A stretch of DNA of 64,000 nt from Alphaproteobacteria bacterium (lineage in GTDB: Bacteria > Pseudomonadota > Alphaproteobacteria > UBA828): assembly GCA_965248825.1 (NCBI GenBank), contig CBDFKL010000006.1:618667-682666 (forward strand), given 5' to 3'. The position numbers were made by a program, and so were the translations under genes. The notes beneath the pieces are model-generated. The model did not search any database, had not been told where the DNA came from, and saw only the letters and a list, made by a program, of their open reading frames with translations. Shown here piece by piece: positions 31,021-42,766 of this stretch. Position 1 is the stretch's first letter, and each line of letters begins with the position of its first letter.

Positions 31021-32494
31021 AGATGTTTCTCTGCTCCGCGTAGAAGTTGAGCGAATGAAGCCCACCCTCGCGGCCGATCCCGGACAATTTGACTCCGCCG
31101 AACGGCGTTCGCAGATCGCGGAGGAACCAGCAATTGATCCAGACGATGCCGACGCGAATCCGGCGCGCCACGCGGTGCGCGCGCGACAGATCTCGAGTCC
31201 ATAGCGCGGTCGCGAGGCCGTACTCGCTGTCGTTCGCGCGCGCGATCGCCTCGTCTTCGCCGTCGAACGGCGCGATGTGGCAGACCGGCCCGAATATCTC
31301 CTCGCGCACACAACGCGCGCCGTCGGAGAGGCCGGTCCAAATCGTCGGCTGTATATAAGACCCGCCGTCGCGCTCGTCTCCGAACCCCGGCACGCCGCCG
31401 CCGGTCACGACGTCCGCACCCTCCTCGACGGCGAGATCGTAATACGCGCGCACCTTCGCACGATGCTCGGCGGAGATGAGCGGCCCCGTCGTGCATTCTT
31501 CGGCCCACGGGTCGGCAAGAACGAGCGCCTCGGCCCGTTCCTTCAATGCCGAGACGAAACGCTCATAAATCGGGCGCTCGACATAGATGCGCTCGGAACT
31601 GAGGCAGACCTGCCCGCAGTTTGCGAACACCGATCGCGTGGTGCCTTCGATCGCGGCGTCGAAATCGGCATCGGCAAAAATGACCGCCGCGTTCTTTCCG
31701 CCGAGCTCGAACGAAAGCGGCTTCACGGTATCGGCGGCCGCCTTCATGATGGCGGCGCCCGTCTTGCTTTCGCCGGTGAAGGTGAGCGCGTCGATCCCGG
31801 GGTGGCGAGACAGCCATTCGCCCGCTGAATCAGGCCCGAAGCCATGCACCACATTGAATACGCCGGGCGGTACGCCGGCGCTGTCCATCACCTCGGCGAG
31901 CAGGGTCGCGGTTGCGGGCGTCTCCTCGGACGGTTTGGCAACAACCGTGTTCCCGCTGGCGAGCGCAGGCGCAACCTTCCAGGTGAGCAGGAGCAGCGGC
32001 AGGTTCCATGGTGCGATGACGCCGACCACGCCGTGCGGCTCTCGAACCGTGTAGTTCAATGCGCCCCGACCATCGGGCGTATCCATCTCGAAGCAGTCGG
32101 TCCCGGCGGTGCCGATCAAATCGGCGAAGAGCCGAAAATTGGCCGCTCCTCGGGGGATGTCGACGGCTCGAGCGAGAGAAGCCGGCTTGCCCGTATCGGC
32201 CACTTCGGCCGTGAGGAAATCATCGAAGCGCGCCTCAATCCCGTCGGCGACCCTGTGAAGCAGCGTGCAGCGCTCGGCGACCGGCATCACGCGCCACGCC
32301 GTTTCAAGGGCATGCCGTGCCGCCAGGACGGCGGCATCGACGAGCGGCCGGTCCGCTTCATGCACCCGAGCGACGATCGCGCCGTTCACCGGCGTCACGT
32401 CGTCAAACAGCCTGTCGGTCGCCTCGAAACGGCCGCCGACATAGTTGCTCAGCTCCTTGATGCCCGGATAGGTCTCGGTCGCGTGCGTGGCCAT
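31007..32494 (-). CDS. amnC: 2-amino/2-hydroxymuconic 6-semialdehyde dehydrogenase (AmnC/DmpC family)
   Basis: DIPRGAANF, PWNLPLLLLTWKVAPALA, KPSEETP, ELGGKN, GQVCL, WFLRDLRTPFGG. Confidence 0.88.
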   Translation of the reverse strand: MATHATETYPGIKELSNYVGGRFEATDRLFDDVTPVNGAIVARVHEADRPLVDAAVLAARHALETAWRVMPVAERCTLLHRVADGIEARFDDFLTAEVADTGKPASLARAVDIPRGAANFRLFADLIGTAGTDCFEMDTPDGRGALNYTVREPHGVVGVIAPWNLPLLLLTWKVAPALASGNTVVAKPSEETPATATLLAEVMDSAGVPPGVFNVVHGFGPDSAGEWLSRHPGIDALTFTGESKTGAAIMKAAADTVKPLSFELGGKNAAVIFADADFDAAIEGTTRSVFANCGQVCLSSERIYVERPIYERFVSALKERAEALVLADPWAEECTTGPLISAEHRAKVRAYYDLAVEEGADVVTGGGVPGFGDERDGGSYIQPTIWTGLSDGARCVREEIFGPVCHIAPFDGEDEAIARANDSEYGLATALWTRDLSRAHRVARRIRVGIVWINCWFLRDLRTPFGGVKLSGIGREGGLHSLNFYAEQRNICVKL

Positions 32495-32677
32495 TGGATC
32501 CCAACTCCGAGGGGCGCGCTGACGGCTGGCGGGGGCCGGCGCTCGACCGCGCTATCTGCGCAGCGTATTGAGACTGGCATGCCGTAGCAAGTTCCGTAAT
32601 AGTTTGGAAAACAAGACACTGAGCGGCGGGACGGCGACCGCCAAGCGGGCACCGTCACCACGGAGGAGATCGTACCC

Positions 32678-34378
32678 ATGGGCGCGGGTGGCATCATTCT
32701 CATCATCGCTGTGATCCTTGCCGTTATCGGGATCGCATGGCTCTTGTTCTGGTGGCTCTACGAGCGGGCATCCAAGGAGATGTCGTTCGTGCGCACCGGC
32801 GTGGGCGGCGAGAAGGTGGTCATGAACAGCGGCGCCTTCGTCTTGCCCGTTCTTCACAACACCACCGCCGTCAACATGAAGACGATGCGTCTCGACCTGG
32901 CGCGCGAGAAGGATCAAGCGCTGATCACCCGCGATCGCATGAGGGTCAACGTCGCGGCCGAGTTTTTCGTCCGGGTCCGACCCGATGCCGAGGCAATCGC
33001 GGCAGCCGCGCAATCCCTCGGATCGAAGACCCTGGATGCGGAGCAGTTGCGGCCCTTGCTGGAAGGCAAGTTCGTTGATGCATTGCGGGCGGTCGCGGCT
33101 GAGCGAGACATGCAGACATTGCACGAGCAGCGGATCGCCTTCGTGCGTAGCGTGCGTGAGGCGTCGGCGCGAGAAATCGAAAGCAACGGCTTGGAACTCG
33201 AATCGATCTCACTCACGGGCCTGGATCAAGCGAGCCGCGAATATTTCAATCCAAACAATGCGTTCGACGCGGAGGGCTTGACCAAGCTCACGGCGGAGAT
33301 CGAAACGCGGCGGCGCGCGCGCAACGAGATCGAACAGGACGCGGAAGTCGCGATTCAAGAAAAAAATCTCGAGGCGGAGCGCCTCAAGCTGGAAGTCGCC
33401 AAGCAGGAGGAGCATGCACGCCTGCAGCAGCAAAAGGAGATCGCGATCCGGCGCGCACAGCAGAAGTCGGAGATCGCGGCCGAGGAGGCCGAGCGAGATC
33501 GGCTCACGGAGGAATCTCGGGTCAATGCACGCGAGCAGATCGAGCTCACTCAAATCACCTTCGAGCGCATCGTCGCCGAAGCGCGCCTGGACTCAGAGCA
33601 GGTGGTCCGCGAGCGCGAAGTGGCCCGAGATGCCTCGGTCGAACTGGCCCGGTTCGAAAGAGACATCACGGTGGCCCGGCGGTCGACGGACCAATCGCGC
33701 GCCCAGGCCGACGCTGAAACGGCGCGCTCGCAAGCCGTGAAAGCGAGCGAAGCCGTGACCACGGTGCGCGAGGTCGAACGGGCGGAGCGACAGAAGGCGA
33801 TCGAGTTGGTCGCGGCGCGCCAAGAGGCGGAGCGGGCTGCGATCGATGTGGTCGTCTCGGCGGAAGCCCGGCGCCAGGTCGCGGCAGAACAGGCGGAAGC
33901 CAGCCACATTCAGACGGAAAGCGAGGTGAACCGCTTGCGCCTCCTCGCAACGGCCGAGGCGGACGCGGAAAAACAACGGGCGGGTGCAGCAGACGTGCGC
34001 AGCGCCGTGGAAGCAAAAGCCAAGCGCGCCTTGCACGAAGCAGATACCGCGCTCACGCCCGCGCTCATCGAACTAAAGGTCAAGATGGCCATTATCGAGC
34101 GGTTGCAAGACATCATCGGTGAAACGGTCAAACCGCTCGAAAACATCGAGGGTATCAAGATCGTCCATGTCGACGGCCTCGGCGCTGGCGCCAGTGGGGG
34201 CGGAGATGGCCGTCCCGGCAATTATGCGGAGCAGCTCACGGACAGCGCGCTGCGCTATCGAGCCCAGGCCCCGATCGTCGATGCGCTGCTCAAGGAGATC
34301 GGCATGCCCGGTGCAGATCCAGGCCGTCTCGCCGACTTGCTGGATCGCTTGTCTCGCCAAGCCGGGGAAAGCGACTAG
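32678..34378 (+). CDS. Flotillin/SPFH-domain protein (YqiK-like)
   Basis: N-terminal TM, FVRTGVGG, ITRDRMRV, FNPNNAFDAEGLT, coiled coil, ALRYRAQAP end. Confidence 0.92.
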   Translation: MGAGGIILIIAVILAVIGIAWLLFWWLYERASKEMSFVRTGVGGEKVVMNSGAFVLPVLHNTTAVNMKTMRLDLAREKDQALITRDRMRVNVAAEFFVRVRPDAEAIAAAAQSLGSKTLDAEQLRPLLEGKFVDALRAVAAERDMQTLHEQRIAFVRSVREASAREIESNGLELESISLTGLDQASREYFNPNNAFDAEGLTKLTAEIETRRRARNEIEQDAEVAIQEKNLEAERLKLEVAKQEEHARLQQQKEIAIRRAQQKSEIAAEEAERDRLTEESRVNAREQIELTQITFERIVAEARLDSEQVVREREVARDASVELARFERDITVARRSTDQSRAQADAETARSQAVKASEAVTTVREVERAERQKAIELVAARQEAERAAIDVVVSAEARRQVAAEQAEASHIQTESEVNRLRLLATAEADAEKQRAGAADVRSAVEAKAKRALHEADTALTPALIELKVKMAIIERLQDIIGETVKPLENIEGIKIVHVDGLGAGASGGGDGRPGNYAEQLTDSALRYRAQAPIVDALLKEIGMPGADPGRLADLLDRLSRQAGESD

Positions 34379-34512
34379 CCAGGGACGGCAGAAAATGTCG
34401 GTCGCCGAGGGGCAATTGCGCCGATTTGAGGAAGACGGATCCCTCGTCACCGAACGCAGCCGGAGGCCGGGACGTGGCGACCGCGACGCAGGAATCGAGA
34501 CACAAGGAGCCT

Positions 34513-35118
34513 GTGGCGCTTCGCGCAAGTAGCGAAGCGGTTGCTGCGGCGCTCGAGCTTCTTGCGCGCGACGACGCCGCGGTCGTCCCGCTGCTGGCGC
34601 CGGCGGCCTGCGGGGCGCTCATCGACGCATCGGCAGACCTCGCCTTTCGCCGCGCCAAGCCGGTGATTGGCGAGGGCGAACGCGCCGTTCGTCAGGATTT
34701 CGACATCTGCCTCGCGATTCCCCAAGAGCACCCGCTCCGGCGCTTGGCCCGCGACCTCGAACGCCTGATCGCCGGCGCGCTCGATCGGATGGCCGCGCCA
34801 CCCCTCACCGACTTCCGGATCAACGATCTGGTGATGCAACGCTACCCGCCGGGCGCGCACGGCATCACGCCGCACCGCGATCACGTCCGCTATATCGGCC
34901 TCGTCGCGATCGTTCAGCTCAGCGGCGATGGGCGCTTCTGCGTCTGCGACGATCGCCCCGGCAACGGCGCGCGCGAACTCCCGGCCGGGCCCGGCGATGC
35001 GATTCTGATGCGCGCACCCGGCTTCGCCGGCCGCCGCGACCGGCCGTTCCATTTCCTCGACGACATTACGGCCGAGCGCTACGGCTTCGGCATGCGCTGC
35101 GAGCGAAGCCCGCGATGA
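34513..35118 (+). CDS. 2OG-Fe(II) oxygenase (AlkB-like)
   Basis: ITPHRDH (HxD), distal His in PFHF, RYGFGMR; GTG start after AAGGAG. Confidence 0.75.
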   Translation: MALRASSEAVAAALELLARDDAAVVPLLAPAACGALIDASADLAFRRAKPVIGEGERAVRQDFDICLAIPQEHPLRRLARDLERLIAGALDRMAAPPLTDFRINDLVMQRYPPGAHGITPHRDHVRYIGLVAIVQLSGDGRFCVCDDRPGNGARELPAGPGDAILMRAPGFAGRRDRPFHFLDDITAERYGFGMRCERSPR

Positions 35119-35125
35119 CTGAAAT

Positions 35126-35776
35126 CTAGTCGGTGCCGAACAGCCGGTCGCCCGCATCGCCCAGGCCGGGAACGATATAGGCTTTCTCGTCGAGACGCTG
35201 GTCGAGGCTGGCAGCCCAGACCTCGACGGTGTTGTGGCGCTCGTTGAAGGCGCGCATGCCTTCGGGCGAGGCGACCATGGCCATGAACCGGACGTTCTCG
35301 TCGCCGACCCCGTTCCGATTGAGCAGATCGACCGCGTATGACGCGGAATAGCCGGTCGCGAGCATCGGGTCGACCAGGATGAACAGACGGTTCTTGTCCT
35401 CGGGCAGCCGCACATAATACTCGACCGGACGGTGGGTATCGGGGTCGCGGTAGAGCCCGATATGGCCGATCGGCGCTGTGGGCAGAAGCTCCGCCAAGCC
35501 CTCCGCCATCCCCAAGCCCGCCCTCAGGATGGGCACGATCGCCGGCTTGCGGCCGCGCAGAATCGGCGCTTCCATCGGCGTGAGGGGTGTTTTGATCGCC
35601 ATCGTGTCCATCGGCAGGCCACGGGTGATCTCATAGCCGATGAGCAGCGCAATCTCGCGCAAGAGCGCGCGGAAGAGCGGGGTCTGGGTTCCCTTGTCGC
35701 GCAGATGGCTGAGTTTGTGCTGAACCAGCGGATGGTCGACCAGGTGCAGGTTGGTGAATGCGCCAACATTGCTCAT
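35126..35776 (-). CDS. upp: Uracil phosphoribosyltransferase
   Basis: [40 protein letters not shown]. Confidence 0.97.
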   Translation of the reverse strand: MSNVGAFTNLHLVDHPLVQHKLSHLRDKGTQTPLFRALLREIALLIGYEITRGLPMDTMAIKTPLTPMEAPILRGRKPAIVPILRAGLGMAEGLAELLPTAPIGHIGLYRDPDTHRPVEYYVRLPEDKNRLFILVDPMLATGYSASYAVDLLNRNGVGDENVRFMAMVASPEGMRAFNERHNTVEVWAASLDQRLDEKAYIVPGLGDAGDRLFGTD

Positions 35777-36357
35777 GACGTGCTTCCCGATCGTTGGCCC
35801 TCATAAAGGGACGGGGCGATGTGGGGCATGAGCAGCCTGAACGGAATCAGCAACAAGCTCGCCATCGCGACCTTGATTCCGTAATCGCCGAGCGCCCACG
35901 TATCCCAGGGCAGGTCGGTGTAGGCGAAGGCCGCACTAAAGAAGATCGCGGTGTCGAGCGCCGAGGCCGAAAGCGATGAGACCAACGGCGCGCGCCACCA
36001 GATCCCGCGGCGCAAGCGGTGGAACAGCGCAATATCGAAGAGCTGCGCGCAGATGAAGGCGAAGCCCGAAGCGAGGGCGATGCGCACGCCATCCATCAGC
36101 GGAAGCTCCGCCGCGACTGAAAGAATGACCGACAAGGCCATGCCGAACGGAAAGCCGACATAAGCGACCGTGCGGGCGCGCCCGGGTCCGTGGGCCCGAT
36201 TGGTCAAATCGGCCACCAGAAACGCGAGGGGATAGGTGAACGCGCCCCAGGTCAGCCAATCGTTGATCGGATATTGAACGGCGACGTTCGAAACTCCGAT
36301 CACACCCATCATTGCGACGATGGGGAGCCATAACGGTCCCAGGGTGGCCGCCTTCAT
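35773..36357 (-). CDS. VUT-family (YhhQ-like) queuosine-precursor transporter
   Basis: [34 protein letters not shown]. Confidence 0.85.
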   Translation of the reverse strand: MKAATLGPLWLPIVAMMGVIGVSNVAVQYPINDWLTWGAFTYPLAFLVADLTNRAHGPGRARTVAYVGFPFGMALSVILSVAAELPLMDGVRIALASGFAFICAQLFDIALFHRLRRGIWWRAPLVSSLSASALDTAIFFSAAFAYTDLPWDTWALGDYGIKVAMASLLLIPFRLLMPHIAPSLYEGQRSGSTS

Positions 36358-36417
36358 GGCCGCGGACTATACGGTGCCGGCCGGGTGAGGCCAACTCGGT
36401 TGGCGCAGAAAGAGGGG

Positions 36418-36714
36418 TCAATCCGCGGCGTTTGCCGCAAGCGCGTTCTTGACCTGACGTTTGACGCGTCGCGCGCCTTTGGAAAGCCGCGAATCCGGTG
36501 TCCTCAGCAGATAGGCATCGAGCCCACCCCTTCGCTCGACCGTGCGAATCGCGCTCACCGCGACCCGAAGGCGCACCATCCGCCCCAGCGCGTCGCTGAG
36601 CAGCGCCTTGTCGTGCAGATTGGGCAGGAAACGCCGCCGGGTCTTGTTATGCGCATGACTGACATGGTTGCCGGTCAACACGCCCTTGCCGGTCAGCTCG
36701 CAGCGCCGCGCCAT
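36418..36714 (-). CDS. rpmB: 50S ribosomal protein L28
   Basis: [33 protein letters not shown]. Confidence 0.97.
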   Translation of the reverse strand: MARRCELTGKGVLTGNHVSHAHNKTRRRFLPNLHDKALLSDALGRMVRLRVAVSAIRTVERRGGLDAYLLRTPDSRLSKGARRVKRQVKNALAANAAD

Positions 36715-36757
36715 GGTCTCGGGCTCCATAAACCGAGGAGCGGTCTGTTTAGAGCGA

Positions 36758-37786
36758 TCACGCACCGCGGTCAAGCGGGCCGCCGTCAGCCGCGCGGGCG
36801 CCCATAAAGCTCTCGACGATGCGCCGCGCGGCCGCCCCCGGCGTGAGCTCCTGCGCCGCTACCGCGGCCTCGAGCGTCGCGGCGATCGGCGCGAGCCGGT
36901 CGTCGGCGCGCAGCGCCGCGATCAGCGATTCCTCGACCTCATGCCACAGCCACGCCTTGGCCTGGACGGCGCGCTTCGCCTCGAGCGCGTCGTCCCGTGC
37001 CATGGTCGCCCGATGTCGCTCGATCGCAGTCCAGATCTCGTCGAGGCCGCGCCCCTCGCTTGCCGAGCAGGTCATCACGCAGGGTGTCCACGGCCCGCTT
37101 CTCCCGAACAGCGACAGGGCCGAGCCGAAGTCCGCTTCGGTGTGGGCGGCCTGGTCCGCTAGGACCCCATCGGCCTTGGTGACGACGACCATGTCGGCAA
37201 GTTCGACCACGCCCCGCTTGATGCCCTGCAACTCGTCACCGGCGCCGGGCTGAATCAGCAGCATGAAGAAATCGACCATGTCGGCGACCGCGACCTCGGA
37301 CTGGCCGACACCGACAGTCTCCACCAGCACGATATCGAAGCCCGCCGCCTCGCAGGCAAGCATGGCATCGCGCGTCCGCCGGGCGACGCCGCCGAGGGTT
37401 CCGCCGGTCGGGGAGGCACGGATGAAGCTCCCTTTTCGCTGCGCCAAGCCGACCATGCGCGTCTTGTCCCCGAGAATCGAGCCGCCTGATCGCGTGCTGG
37501 ACGGGTCGATCGCGAGCACGGCGATGCGATGACCGCGATCGATCACGAGTCCACCCAGTGCTTCGATGAATGTTGATTTGCCCACCCCCGGTGCGCCGGA
37601 AACACCGATACGGACTGCCTTTCCCGAATGCGCTAGAAATGTCTCGAGCAGATCCTCGGCCGCAGCGCGGTCGTCGTCCTGAGTCGATTCGATCAACGTG
37701 ATCGCCGTCGCGAGCGCCCGCCGATCGCCGGCAAGGACGTTATCAGCCCGGGGAACCCGACCGACGGAGCGTTTGCCCTTCGCCAT
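36758..37786 (-). CDS. meaB: Methylmalonyl-CoA mutase chaperone GTPase
   Basis: [39 protein letters not shown]; start uncertain. Confidence 0.93.
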   Translation of the reverse strand: MAKGKRSVGRVPRADNVLAGDRRALATAITLIESTQDDDRAAAEDLLETFLAHSGKAVRIGVSGAPGVGKSTFIEALGGLVIDRGHRIAVLAIDPSSTRSGGSILGDKTRMVGLAQRKGSFIRASPTGGTLGGVARRTRDAMLACEAAGFDIVLVETVGVGQSEVAVADMVDFFMLLIQPGAGDELQGIKRGVVELADMVVVTKADGVLADQAAHTEADFGSALSLFGRSGPWTPCVMTCSASEGRGLDEIWTAIERHRATMARDDALEAKRAVQAKAWLWHEVEESLIAALRADDRLAPIAATLEAAVAAQELTPGAAARRIVESFMGARAADGGPLDRGA

Positions 37787-38501
37787 GGCGCCGGATGCTA
37801 GCATATCGACCACCCCCGACCTCGCCGCCATCTTGGAACGTCTGGAAGCGGCGGGACGGCCGGATGCGCTCGCGGGCATGGCACGTTATGCGATCGATAC
37901 CGAGAACGCCTTAGGTGTCGCGATCCCGCAACTTCGGCGCATCGCGCGGGACTACGGCCCCAGCCACGTCACCGCGCTCGCGCTGTGGCAGACCGGTATT
38001 CACGATGCCCGCCTGCTCGCCACCATGGTCGCCGAGCCCGAGCGGACGACACCCGGCCTTTGCGATGCCTGGGCCGCGGATTTCCGCTCGTGGGATCTTT
38101 GCGACCAAGCTTGCACAAACCTGTTCCGCCATACCGGCTTTGCTCACAGCCTCATCGATCGCTACCGGAAGGCCGAGCCGGAGTTCGTCAAGCGCGCCGG
38201 CTTCACGATGATCGCGGTACTGGCCGTGCACGACAAAACGCCCGACGCCGCGGTCTTCACCCATTACCTCCGCGTGATTGAGGAATCGGCGAATGACCCG
38301 CGCAACTTCGTGAAGAAGGCCGTTAGCTGGGCGCTCCGACAAATCGGCAAACGCAATCGAACCCTCCACACGCGGGCGACGGCCGTTGCCGAGATCCTTG
38401 CCGGCCGGAACGATAGGACCGCGAGATGGATCGGAAATGATGCCCTTCGGGAACTGAGAAATCCGAAGGTCATGGCAAAGCTCGGCGTTCGATCCCGGTA
38501 G
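37785..38501 (+). CDS. DNA alkylation repair protein (AlkD-like HEAT-repeat)
   Basis: GVAIPQLR, SWDLCD, DPRNFVKKAVSWALRQIGKRN, ARWIG; start uncertain. Confidence 0.85.
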   Translation: MAPDASISTTPDLAAILERLEAAGRPDALAGMARYAIDTENALGVAIPQLRRIARDYGPSHVTALALWQTGIHDARLLATMVAEPERTTPGLCDAWAADFRSWDLCDQACTNLFRHTGFAHSLIDRYRKAEPEFVKRAGFTMIAVLAVHDKTPDAAVFTHYLRVIEESANDPRNFVKKAVSWALRQIGKRNRTLHTRATAVAEILAGRNDRTARWIGNDALRELRNPKVMAKLGVRSR

Positions 38502-38514
38502 GCGCCCACAAGAG

Positions 38515-40389
38515 TCAAACGGGCGCCGGCTGATCGGCGAGCTCTCCATCTTCTTCTGCGAGCCGCTGCGCGAGCTCTTCCTTGAGCTCCGCGGCCTCCT
38601 GCTGGCGCCGCCACATTTCGGCATAGCGCCCGTTGCGCGCGAGCAGCTCGGCGTGCCGGCCCCGCTCGACGATACGACCGCCTTCGAGCACGATGATCTG
38701 GTCGGCATCGATGATGGTGGAGAGCCGATGAGCGATCATCAGCGTCGAGCGATCGCGGCTGACCTCGCGGAGATTCGCCTGGATCTCCTTCTCGGTCCGG
38801 GAATCGAGGGCCGATGTCGCCTCGTCGAACAGCAGGATCCGGGGCTGCTTGAGGATGGTCCGCGCGATCGCGACCCGCTGCTTCTCGCCGCCCGACAGCT
38901 TGAGGCCACGCTCGCCGACCAGGCTGTCATAGCCATCTGGCAGCCCCTCGATGAATGCGTGGATATGGGCGAGGCGTGCCGCTTCCTCGACCTCCGCGCG
39001 GCTCGCCTCCGGCCGGCCATAGGCGATGTTGTAGTAGATCGTATCGTTGAACAGCACGGTGTCCTGAGGGACGATTCCGATCGCCGCGCGCAGGCTCTCC
39101 TGCTGCACGTCGCGCAGGTCTTGCCCGTCGATCCGGACACTGCCGGCTTCGATGTCGTAGAAGCGGAACAGAATGCGCGAGATGGTCGACTTGCCGGCGC
39201 CGCTTGCACCCACGATGGCGACGGTCTTACCGGGCGGGACGCTGAACGAGACCCCCTCGAGAATGCGCCGGCGGGCCTCGTAGCTGAAGTGCACGTCGTC
39301 GAACTCGATCGCGCCTGCGCTGACCTCGAGCGGCGGTGCGTCGTCGGCGTCCTCGATTTCCCGGTTGACCGACAGGATGCCGAACATCGCCTCCATATCG
39401 GTCAGAGACTGCTTGATCTCCCGATAGACGAAGCCGAGGAAGTTCAACGGGATGTAGAGTTGGAGCAGATAGGTGTTGACCAGCACGAAGTCACCGATGG
39501 TCATGGTGCCGGCGGCGACCTCATTGCCTGCCATGATCGTGATGCCGGTCAGGCCGATCGAGATGATCAATCCCTGACCGATATTGAGGAGCGAGAGGCT
39601 GGTTTTGCTCTGCACCGCCGCTCGCTCATAGTGCTGCCGGGAGATGTCGAACCGCGCTGCCTCGTGCCCCTCATTGCCGAAATATTTGACCGTCTCGTAG
39701 TTGAGCAGGCTGTCGATCGCCTTGGTGTTGGCCTCGCTGTCCCGCTCGTTCATGCGCCGGCGATATTTCAGCCTCCATTCGGTGACCGAGAGCGTGAACG
39801 CGATGTAGGTGCCGATGGTGACGAAGGTGATGGCCGCGTAGACGATGCCGTAGAGCGCCCACAAGATGCCGCAGACCATGGTGACTTCGACCAGCGTCGG
39901 CAGCACGTTGAACAGCATGAAGGTGAGCAGGAACTCGATCCCCCTGGTGCCGCGCTCGATGGCCCGGCTGAGGCCGCCAGTCCGCCGCTCGATGTGGAAG
40001 CGGAGCGAGAGCCGATGCAGGTGATTGAAGATCTGGAGCGCGATCGTGCGGATCGCGCGCTCGGCAACCTTCGCGAAGACCGCATCGCGCAACTCTCCGA
40101 ATGCGACCGTGAGCACGCGGAGCGCCCCATAGGCGAGCAGAATCGCGACCGGGACGACGATCACCGCCGCCGCGTCGTCCGAGAGGACGTCGACCACCTC
40201 CTTGTAGAGGAGTGGGACGTAGACGTTCGCGCCCTTGGCGCCGATCAGAAGGAGCACCGCGAGCATGACGCGGCCGCGCATCTCGAGAGAGCCGGGCGGC
40301 CACAGATAGGGCAACAGGGTGCGAAGCGTCTGCAGATGCGAGCGTTCGGACGGCGGGCTCTCGCGCGCCTCCCGATCGAGAGAAACCAT
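38515..40389 (-). CDS. Atm1/ABCB-type ABC exporter
   Basis: RRTGGLSRAIERG, DSLLNYETVKYF, GASGAGKST, LSGGEKQR. Confidence 0.93.
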   Translation of the reverse strand: MVSLDREARESPPSERSHLQTLRTLLPYLWPPGSLEMRGRVMLAVLLLIGAKGANVYVPLLYKEVVDVLSDDAAAVIVVPVAILLAYGALRVLTVAFGELRDAVFAKVAERAIRTIALQIFNHLHRLSLRFHIERRTGGLSRAIERGTRGIEFLLTFMLFNVLPTLVEVTMVCGILWALYGIVYAAITFVTIGTYIAFTLSVTEWRLKYRRRMNERDSEANTKAIDSLLNYETVKYFGNEGHEAARFDISRQHYERAAVQSKTSLSLLNIGQGLIISIGLTGITIMAGNEVAAGTMTIGDFVLVNTYLLQLYIPLNFLGFVYREIKQSLTDMEAMFGILSVNREIEDADDAPPLEVSAGAIEFDDVHFSYEARRRILEGVSFSVPPGKTVAIVGASGAGKSTISRILFRFYDIEAGSVRIDGQDLRDVQQESLRAAIGIVPQDTVLFNDTIYYNIAYGRPEASRAEVEEAARLAHIHAFIEGLPDGYDSLVGERGLKLSGGEKQRVAIARTILKQPRILLFDEATSALDSRTEKEIQANLREVSRDRSTLMIAHRLSTIIDADQIIVLEGGRIVERGRHAELLARNGRYAEMWRRQQEAAELKEELAQRLAEEDGELADQPAPV

Positions 40390-40522
40390 GCGGCGGGCCG
40401 TGATCTTGTCGTTTCGCCTCGCCGATGGCGAAGCCCTGAGCCACTCACATAAGCATGAAGCGACCGCGGATCAATTCCCGGTGACACGGGGCCCGGCGCC
40501 GGCCCACGCGCCGGCGCTCGGC

Positions 40523-42670
40523 TCAGGCGGCTTTCTCGCGCCGGCGGATCAGTGTCATGATCTCGGAAGCGGCGTTCGGAATGTTGGTGCCCGGGCCATA
40601 GATCGCCGCGACGCCGGCCTCGCGCAGGAACGCGTAATCCTGCGGCGGAATGACGCCGCCGCAGACCACCACCACATGCCCGGCGCCCGCCTCGCGCAGC
40701 GCCTCGACGAGATCCGGCACCAGGGTCTTGTGCCCGGCCGCCTGGCTCGACACGCCGACGACGTGCACATCGTTCTCCAGCGCGTCGCGGGCGGCCTCCT
40801 GCGGGGTCTGAAACAAGGGGCCGATATCGACGTCGAAACCGATGTCGGCGAACGCCGTGGCGATCACCTTGGCGCCACGGTCGTGCCCGTCCTGGCCGAG
40901 CTTGACCACCAGCAAGCGCGGCCGGCGCCCCTCCGCCTCGGCGAAGAGCGCGGTCTCGCGCTGGATGCTCTCGAACGCCGCGTCTTGCGCATAGGCCGCG
41001 CCATAGACGCCCGAGACGGCGCGGACGGTTGCCCGATGGCGGGTGAACACGGCCTCCAGCGCGTCGGAGACCTCGCCGACCGTGGCCCGCGCGCGCATCG
41101 CCTCGATCGACAGCGCGAGCAGGTTGCCATCCGCGCGGGCGGCCTCGGCCAGACCATCGAGCACCGCGCGGCACGCGCTCTCGTCTCGTTCGTCTCTGAC
41201 GGCGGCGATCCGGGCGATCTGCGCGTCACGGACCGCCTGGTTGTCGACATCGAGCAGTGCGGGCATGTCGTTGGTATCCGCGGCATAGCGGTTGACGCCG
41301 ACGACGACGTCCTCGCCCCGATCGACCCGCGCCTGGCGCCGCGCCGCGGCTTCCTCGATGCGGAGCTTGGGCATGCCGGCGGCCACCGCCTTGGTCATGC
41401 CGCCGAGCGCTTCGACCTCATCGATCAGCTGCGCCGCTTCCCGGGCCAGTGCATCGGTGAGCGCCTCCACGTAGTAGGAGCCGCCGAGCGGGTCGACGAC
41501 GCGGGGCACGCCGGTTTCGTCCTTCAGAATCAATTGAGTGTTCCGCGCGATCCGGGCCGAGAAGTCGGTCGGCAAGGCGACCGCCTCATCGAGAGCATTG
41601 GTGTGGAGCGACTGGGTCCCGCCGAGGACCGCCGCGAGCGCTTCGTAGGCCGTCCTGATCACATTGTTGTAGGGATCCTGCTCCGCGAGGGAAACGCCCG
41701 ATGTCTGGCAGTGGGTGCGCAGCATCACGGAGCGCGGGTCTTCGGGCTCGAACTGACGCATCAGGCGGGCCCACAGCAGCCGCCCTGCGCGGAGCTTCGC
41801 AATCTCCATGAAAAAATTCATGCCGATACAGAAAAAGAAGGAGAGCCTCGGCGCGAAGTCGTCGATCGCGAGACCGCGGGCCCGTGCGGCGCGCACATAT
41901 TCCAGGCCGTCAGCGAGGGTGAAACCGAGCTCCTGAACCAGCGTCGCGCCGGCCTCCTGCATGTGATAGCCGGAGATCGAGATCGAATTGAACCTCGGCA
42001 TGTGCGAGGCGGTATAGGCGATGATATCGGCGACGATCCGCATGCTCGGCTCGGGCGGATAGATGTAGGTGTTGCGGACCATGAATTCCTTCAGAATGTC
42101 GTTCTGAATGGTCCCGGCGAGGCGTTCCCGGCTCGCGCCCTGCTCTTCCGCCGCCACGATGTAGGCCGCGAGCACCGGCAGAACCGCCCCGTTCATGGTC
42201 ATCGAGACGCTCACCTCGCCGAGCGGGATGCCGTCGAACAGAATCTTCATGTCCTCGACGGTGTCGATCGCGACGCCCGCCTTGCCGACATCGCCCCGGA
42301 CACGAGGGTGATCGCTGTCATAGCCGCGGTGGGTCGCGAGGTCGAAGGCGACGGAGAGGCCCTTCTGGCCGCCGGCGAGGTTGCGCCGGTAGAACGCATT
42401 CGACTCTTCGGCGGTGGCGAAGCCGGCATATTGCCGGATCGTCCAGGGTCGGTTGGCAAACATGGTCGCCCGCACGCCGCGCGTGAAGGGCGCGAATCCG
42501 GGCAGGCCCGGTTGATCCTGGAGCGCTTCCAGATCGGCCGCGGTGTAGAGCGGCTTGACCCCGATGCCCTCGGGCGTCTCCCACGCAAGGGATTCCGGCC
42601 CCGCGCCGGCAAGCTCCCCAGCGGCGAGGGCTTCCCAGTCGGAGAACGTCTTCTTCGGGAAGTCGGCCAT
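40523..42670 (-). CDS. scpA: Methylmalonyl-CoA mutase
   Basis: [40 protein letters not shown]12-binding motif. Confidence 0.97.
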   Translation of the reverse strand: MADFPKKTFSDWEALAAGELAGAGPESLAWETPEGIGVKPLYTAADLEALQDQPGLPGFAPFTRGVRATMFANRPWTIRQYAGFATAEESNAFYRRNLAGGQKGLSVAFDLATHRGYDSDHPRVRGDVGKAGVAIDTVEDMKILFDGIPLGEVSVSMTMNGAVLPVLAAYIVAAEEQGASRERLAGTIQNDILKEFMVRNTYIYPPEPSMRIVADIIAYTASHMPRFNSISISGYHMQEAGATLVQELGFTLADGLEYVRAARARGLAIDDFAPRLSFFFCIGMNFFMEIAKLRAGRLLWARLMRQFEPEDPRSVMLRTHCQTSGVSLAEQDPYNNVIRTAYEALAAVLGGTQSLHTNALDEAVALPTDFSARIARNTQLILKDETGVPRVVDPLGGSYYVEALTDALAREAAQLIDEVEALGGMTKAVAAGMPKLRIEEAAARRQARVDRGEDVVVGVNRYAADTNDMPALLDVDNQAVRDAQIARIAAVRDERDESACRAVLDGLAEAARADGNLLALSIEAMRARATVGEVSDALEAVFTRHRATVRAVSGVYGAAYAQDAAFESIQRETALFAEAEGRRPRLLVVKLGQDGHDRGAKVIATAFADIGFDVDIGPLFQTPQEAARDALENDVHVVGVSSQAAGHKTLVPDLVEALREAGAGHVVVVCGGVIPPQDYAFLREAGVAAIYGPGTNIPNAASEIMTLIRRREKAA

Positions 42671-42766
42671 GCCGTCGCGCTCCCTTTCGCGACTGCAAAA
42701 AGTATCGGTCATGGCAGGTGACCGGTCAATCAACGCCCGGCTGCATGGTTGCGACGGTCGTGATCC

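Noticed and set aside
32574-32592. TGGCATGCCGTAGCA as a sigma54 promoter between amnC and flotillin
   Set aside because: GG-to-GC spacing is 9 nt, not the required 10.
36358-36417. preQ1 riboswitch upstream of the VUT transporter
   Set aside because: The gap is only 60 bp, GC-rich, and has no recognisable preQ1 stem or A-rich tail.
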